Positions 60,722 to 64,000 of a stretch of DNA of 64,000 nucleotides are shown piece by piece. The stretch comes from Bacteroidales bacterium (GTDB lineage Bacteria; Bacteroidota; Bacteroidia; Bacteroidales; GCA-2748055): positions 26,056-90,055 of the forward strand of contig JAGLOO010000047.1 in assembly GCA_023138875.1 (NCBI GenBank). The letters are read 5' to 3'. The position numbers and the translations under genes are program-made. The notes below the pieces were generated by a model. The model was not told where the DNA came from and ran no database searches. It worked only from the letters and a program-made list of their open reading frames with translations. Numbering within the stretch: position 1 is the stretch's first letter; every line of letters begins with the position of its first letter.

Positions 60722-62425
60722 ATGGGAATGGATATTTCAAGTAAATACAGGCTGGCTCTGCTGGGATCCATTTTGATCACCGCGATCATTTCGATGGATG
60801 CCCAGCTTCAGTTTCCAGGAAAACCGATGGGGGATTACCGCCAACTGAAGGCTGCTGATGTGATGTATGTGCTGCCACCGGTGGATCCGCTGGAAATTGA
60901 AGCAGGAATGCTGTCCAACGAGTCAAGCCAAAAGAAACCTTTTCAGTTTGCAATAGAGCGGCCTGTTGATATATCTCCTGATCTGCATGGAAGCTGGGTG
61001 AAACAGGACGGGAACCGCATCTGGAGGGTGCACATCCTATCTCCCGATGCGTATTCCATGGGCCTGGTATTTAATGAGTATGCACTTGAAGAAGGTGTAA
61101 AGGTTTTGATCTATGATCCCGGCCAGGATCATATCAAAGGGGCTTTTACATCGGGAAACAACAAAGCCTCGCGTATTCTGGCCGTTGGACATCTTTCGGG
61201 TGATGAACTGATTGTTGAATTACAAGTGCCTGCTGATGTTCCGGATTATGGACGTTTGAGCATAGAATCCATTTCCCATGCTTTTCTGCCGCTGGTTCTG
61301 AATGATCAAAAGAAAGACGGAAGGTTTGGCCGTTCCCAGGAATGTGAAATAGATATTAATTGTGAAGAAGGAGCTGACTGGCAATTGAGCAAACGATCGG
61401 TGGTCAGAATCTTCACAACAACACAGTATTGTACAGGTGTGCTGGTCAACAATACATCCTATGATGGTAAGCCTTATGTCATTACTGCAGAACACTGTAT
61501 AAACACAGAGAATAATGCCCAACGATCAGTTTTTGTATTTAATTATGAAAGTCCTGAATGTTTTGGCAATGACGGATCTGTTGCTATGTCAATTTCAGGA
61601 TCTGAACTTCTCGCAGTAGGAGATAGCGTTGATTTCTGCCTTGTGAAATTATCTGTTACTCCTCCCGATTCCTTCGATGTATATTACACAGGATGGGATC
61701 TGAACAATAATCAGGATTTCGCTACTACTACGATCCATCATCCTGAAGGAGACGTAAAAAAAATCTCGTACGATTCTGAAGCGCCATCTACACCTGCCAA
61801 TATTGATGACTTGCCAAACAGCGATATAAGAGACTACCACTATTTCTCATATTGGTGGATTAAGCAATGGGATATCGGATCAACGGAAGGAGGATCATCA
61901 GGATCACCTTTATTCAATTCGGACAGAAGAATGATCGGTAGTTTGAGTGGAGGCAGGGCAAAATGCGGGGATTCCATTGGATATGATGCAGAAAATGATC
62001 GGATTATATATAGAAAAATCTTCAACATAGATGATTACTACACCAAGCTCAACGTTGCATGGGATTATTATCCCGAAGACGACCGTTCACTAAAACCCTG
62101 GCTTGATCCCATGAATACAGGTGATGAGAAAATTGATGGCTATCATCCCACCCATACAGATCCGCCGGGAGTGTTGGGTAATTCCAGCTTTATCCTTTAC
62201 CCAAATCCGGTAAATGAGGTTCTTTACATCTCCTCCGGACCGGGATCAGGGGAAAAGATTTCATACCAGGTCTTTGATCTTTCCGGAGTCCGGAGGTTAT
62301 CAGGATACGGAGATGAAGCCGGACCGGTGAAAATCAGTACAGGATCTCTGGAACCGGGGATTTACCTGATCGGTGTTGAAGCAGGTGGAAGCCGGGAATT
62401 TCTCAAATTTATTATAACACGATGA
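60722..62425 (+). CDS. Trypsin-like (S1, lysyl-endopeptidase-like) serine protease with a T9SS C-terminal sorting domain
   Basis: The ATG at 60722 gives MGMDISSKYRLALLGSILITAIISMDAQ. The catalytic triad contexts are VITAEHCI (His), DFCLVKL (Asp) and EGGSSGSPLF (Ser). The C-terminus, FILYPNPVNEVLYIS...GIYLIGVEAGGSREFLKFIITR, is a T9SS type-A CTD. The track start at 60515 is a GTG inside ligA. Confidence 0.8.
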   Translation: MGMDISSKYRLALLGSILITAIISMDAQLQFPGKPMGDYRQLKAADVMYVLPPVDPLEIEAGMLSNESSQKKPFQFAIERPVDISPDLHGSWVKQDGNRIWRVHILSPDAYSMGLVFNEYALEEGVKVLIYDPGQDHIKGAFTSGNNKASRILAVGHLSGDELIVELQVPADVPDYGRLSIESISHAFLPLVLNDQKKDGRFGRSQECEIDINCEEGADWQLSKRSVVRIFTTTQYCTGVLVNNTSYDGKPYVITAEHCINTENNAQRSVFVFNYESPECFGNDGSVAMSISGSELLAVGDSVDFCLVKLSVTPPDSFDVYYTGWDLNNNQDFATTTIHHPEGDVKKISYDSEAPSTPANIDDLPNSDIRDYHYFSYWWIKQWDIGSTEGGSSGSPLFNSDRRMIGSLSGGRAKCGDSIGYDAENDRIIYRKIFNIDDYYTKLNVAWDYYPEDDRSLKPWLDPMNTGDEKIDGYHPTHTDPPGVLGNSSFILYPNPVNEVLYISSGPGSGEKISYQVFDLSGVRRLSGYGDEAGPVKISTGSLEPGIYLIGVEAGGSREFLKFIITR

Positions 62426-63564
62426 GAAGGCTGGTTCTGCTTGGAATAGCAGTCATTCTTGCTTCCGGTTGTGTTCGAAATAACAATATGGATGTAGGGC
62501 AGCAGGGGCTGACTGTGCGATCATCTGCCAGGTATGCATCCGGATTTGAAGTGTTCGACCACGAGGATTTTAAGTTACTTCATGTATATAATCCATGGCA
62601 GAATAGCAGGGACATAACCTTATCATATGTCCTGGCTGAAGATGATGCCCTGATCCCAGATTCCCTGAAAGAAGTTCCATATATCAAAACGCCTGTCGGT
62701 CGTGTAATTACACTTTCCACAACCCATGTTGCCATGATCCATCAGCTGGGAAAATCAGAAACCATCAAAGGTGTTTCGGGGACCGGATTCATTTACAACC
62801 AGGAGGTCAGAGACAGAATCAATGCGGGTGAAGTGCTTGAGGTGGGGTATGACCAGGGACTAAACTATGAAACCATTGTTTCACTGGATCCGGATGTGCT
62901 TTTTATATATGGGGTGGAGAGCAATATCCGGGCCACTTCAGAAAAACTTATTGAACTCAGGATACCGGTGGTTTTTTGCGGTGAATACCTGGAAACCCAT
63001 CCCCTGGGTAAAGCTGAGTGGATCAGGTTCTTTTCCCTTTTTTATAATATGGAGGAGAATACAGATCTGTTTTTTAACCGGGTCGATTCAACCTACCAGT
63101 CCCTGGTCGAACTGGCTGCCCATCAGGAGGATAAGCCAAAAGTACTTACTGGCCTTCCCTGGAAAGATACCTGGTATATGGCTGGGGGTAAAAGCTTTGC
63201 AGCAAGGTTGATTGAGGATGCAGGAGGGACCTATCTCTGGAAGGAAAACCTGTCAACCGAAGCCATCCCCCTTGACCTGGAATCGGTATATGCACGTGCT
63301 GTCAGGGCCGACATCTGGATCAATCCGGGAGCTGCAAATACCATTGGTGAGTTAAACCGGTTTGATGAGCGGTTCCGGGACCTGCCTGTGTTGCTACAGG
63401 GCATGGTGTTTAGTAACAATGCCCGTATAAATGAGATGGGCGGAAACGACTACTGGGAATCAGGGACCATACGTCCGGACCTTGTCCTGGCTGATCTGAT
63501 CGGGATCTTTCATCCTGATTTATTGACAGATCATCGCTATATTTATTACAGGAAATTAAAATAA
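62422..63564 (+). CDS. ABC-transporter periplasmic binding lipoprotein (BtuF/FhuD-like, class III)
   Basis: Lipobox LGIAVILASGCV. The PBP type-2 pattern is present (RVITLSTTHVAMIHQLG, DPDVLFIYG...). The start overlaps the protease stop (ATGA). Confidence 0.75.
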   Translation: MRRLVLLGIAVILASGCVRNNNMDVGQQGLTVRSSARYASGFEVFDHEDFKLLHVYNPWQNSRDITLSYVLAEDDALIPDSLKEVPYIKTPVGRVITLSTTHVAMIHQLGKSETIKGVSGTGFIYNQEVRDRINAGEVLEVGYDQGLNYETIVSLDPDVLFIYGVESNIRATSEKLIELRIPVVFCGEYLETHPLGKAEWIRFFSLFYNMEENTDLFFNRVDSTYQSLVELAAHQEDKPKVLTGLPWKDTWYMAGGKSFAARLIEDAGGTYLWKENLSTEAIPLDLESVYARAVRADIWINPGAANTIGELNRFDERFRDLPVLLQGMVFSNNARINEMGGNDYWESGTIRPDLVLADLIGIFHPDLLTDHRYIYYRKLK

Positions 63565-63598
63565 TCCTTACTTTTGGATTTTATCAATACCATCATCC

Positions 63599-63871
63599 AT
63601 GGCAAGTATCAGGCTTTTAAAAAAGGATATTAACAAACTTGCATTCGAATTATTGCAGGATTGTTTCTCCTACAGACGCTATTCAGAAGAGCTTTCCGAA
63701 GATAAATTTGATGATGTCATCAAAAAACTCGTTTTGCTGAGGAATGATCTTATCCTGAGGGTAAACCATCCAGAGACTGATGCTGATTCCATTTCACTGA
63801 AGGAACACTACCGACATGTACAACTTGATCTGTTTAAACTGGCAGAAGTTGTAGAAGATCTAAAAAAGTAG
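63599..63871 (+). CDS. Hypothetical 90-aa helical protein within the ABC-importer operon
   Basis: ORF with charged, helical composition lying between the binding-protein and permease genes. No motif recognised. Confidence 0.45.
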   Translation: MASIRLLKKDINKLAFELLQDCFSYRRYSEELSEDKFDDVIKKLVLLRNDLILRVNHPETDADSISLKEHYRHVQLDLFKLAEVVEDLKK

Positions 63872-63874
63872 GGT

Positions 63875-64000
63875 GTGAAATCACATTCCCGGAGTTTCCT
63901 GATGATTGTTTCACTGGTTCTGCTCCTGGTAGTTCTGGTAGTGCTGGATATTAGGTTTGGCAGTGTGAGGATCACCCTGGTCGACATGGTGAGGCACCTG
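63875..64000 (+). CDS. FecCD/BtuC-family ABC permease (N-terminal fragment, continues past the window)
   Basis: My translation from the GTG at 63875 (the ATG at 63902 is in frame) gives VKSHSRSFLMIVSLVLLLVVLVVLDIRFGSVRITLVDMVRHL. This matches the usual FecCD N-terminus (TM1 followed by LDxxxGSVxI). The frame is open to position 64000. Confidence 0.6.
   Translation, partial: MKSHSRSFLMIVSLVLLLVVLVVLDIRFGSVRITLVDMVRHL

Overview
This is a chromosomal segment from a Bacteroidota-type genome. The evidence for that assignment is a T9SS C-terminal sorting domain, ECF-sigma/FecR/TonB-dependent transducer loci, a DUF4249 partner gene, TAnnTTTG -7 promoter boxes, a lack of obvious SD sequences, and dnaA not followed by dnaN. 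About 60 intact, tightly packed genes are present, and most are housekeeping: dnaA, dnaX, ligA, secA, rny, zapA, pyrBI, icd, dapA, anmK, rplS, rpsF-rpsR-rplI, lptD-like, asmA-like, mlaD-like and one tRNA-Arg(ACG). I saw no CRISPR array, transposase, integrase or recognisable defence or toxin cassette. The observations most worth follow-up are listed below. (1) An A11 run in dnaX has stop codons close by in both alternative frames, which suggests a tau/gamma recoding or transcriptional-slippage site. (2) A roughly 200-nt rod-like structured RNA lies between zapA and rny and is 6S-like. (3) A signal-peptide-bearing WD40 + caspase (C14) fusion protein is present. (4) A trans-envelope signalling locus has one ECF sigma, two FecR paralogs flanking one STN-type TonB-dependent transducer, an acidic Cys-containing lipoprotein and a small OM barrel. 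It lies divergent from a TBDR-DUF4249 pair. (5) A T9SS-secreted trypsin-like protease is translationally coupled to a BtuF/FecCD-type ABC importer. (6) Three TTCCAC repeats occur at exact 16-bp spacing between rpsF and dnaX. (7) A low-GC tract of about 4.4 kb ends at the tRNA and is surrounded by about 1.1 kb with no ORFs. All functional calls rest on motif recognition in the supplied translations. No database searches were run.
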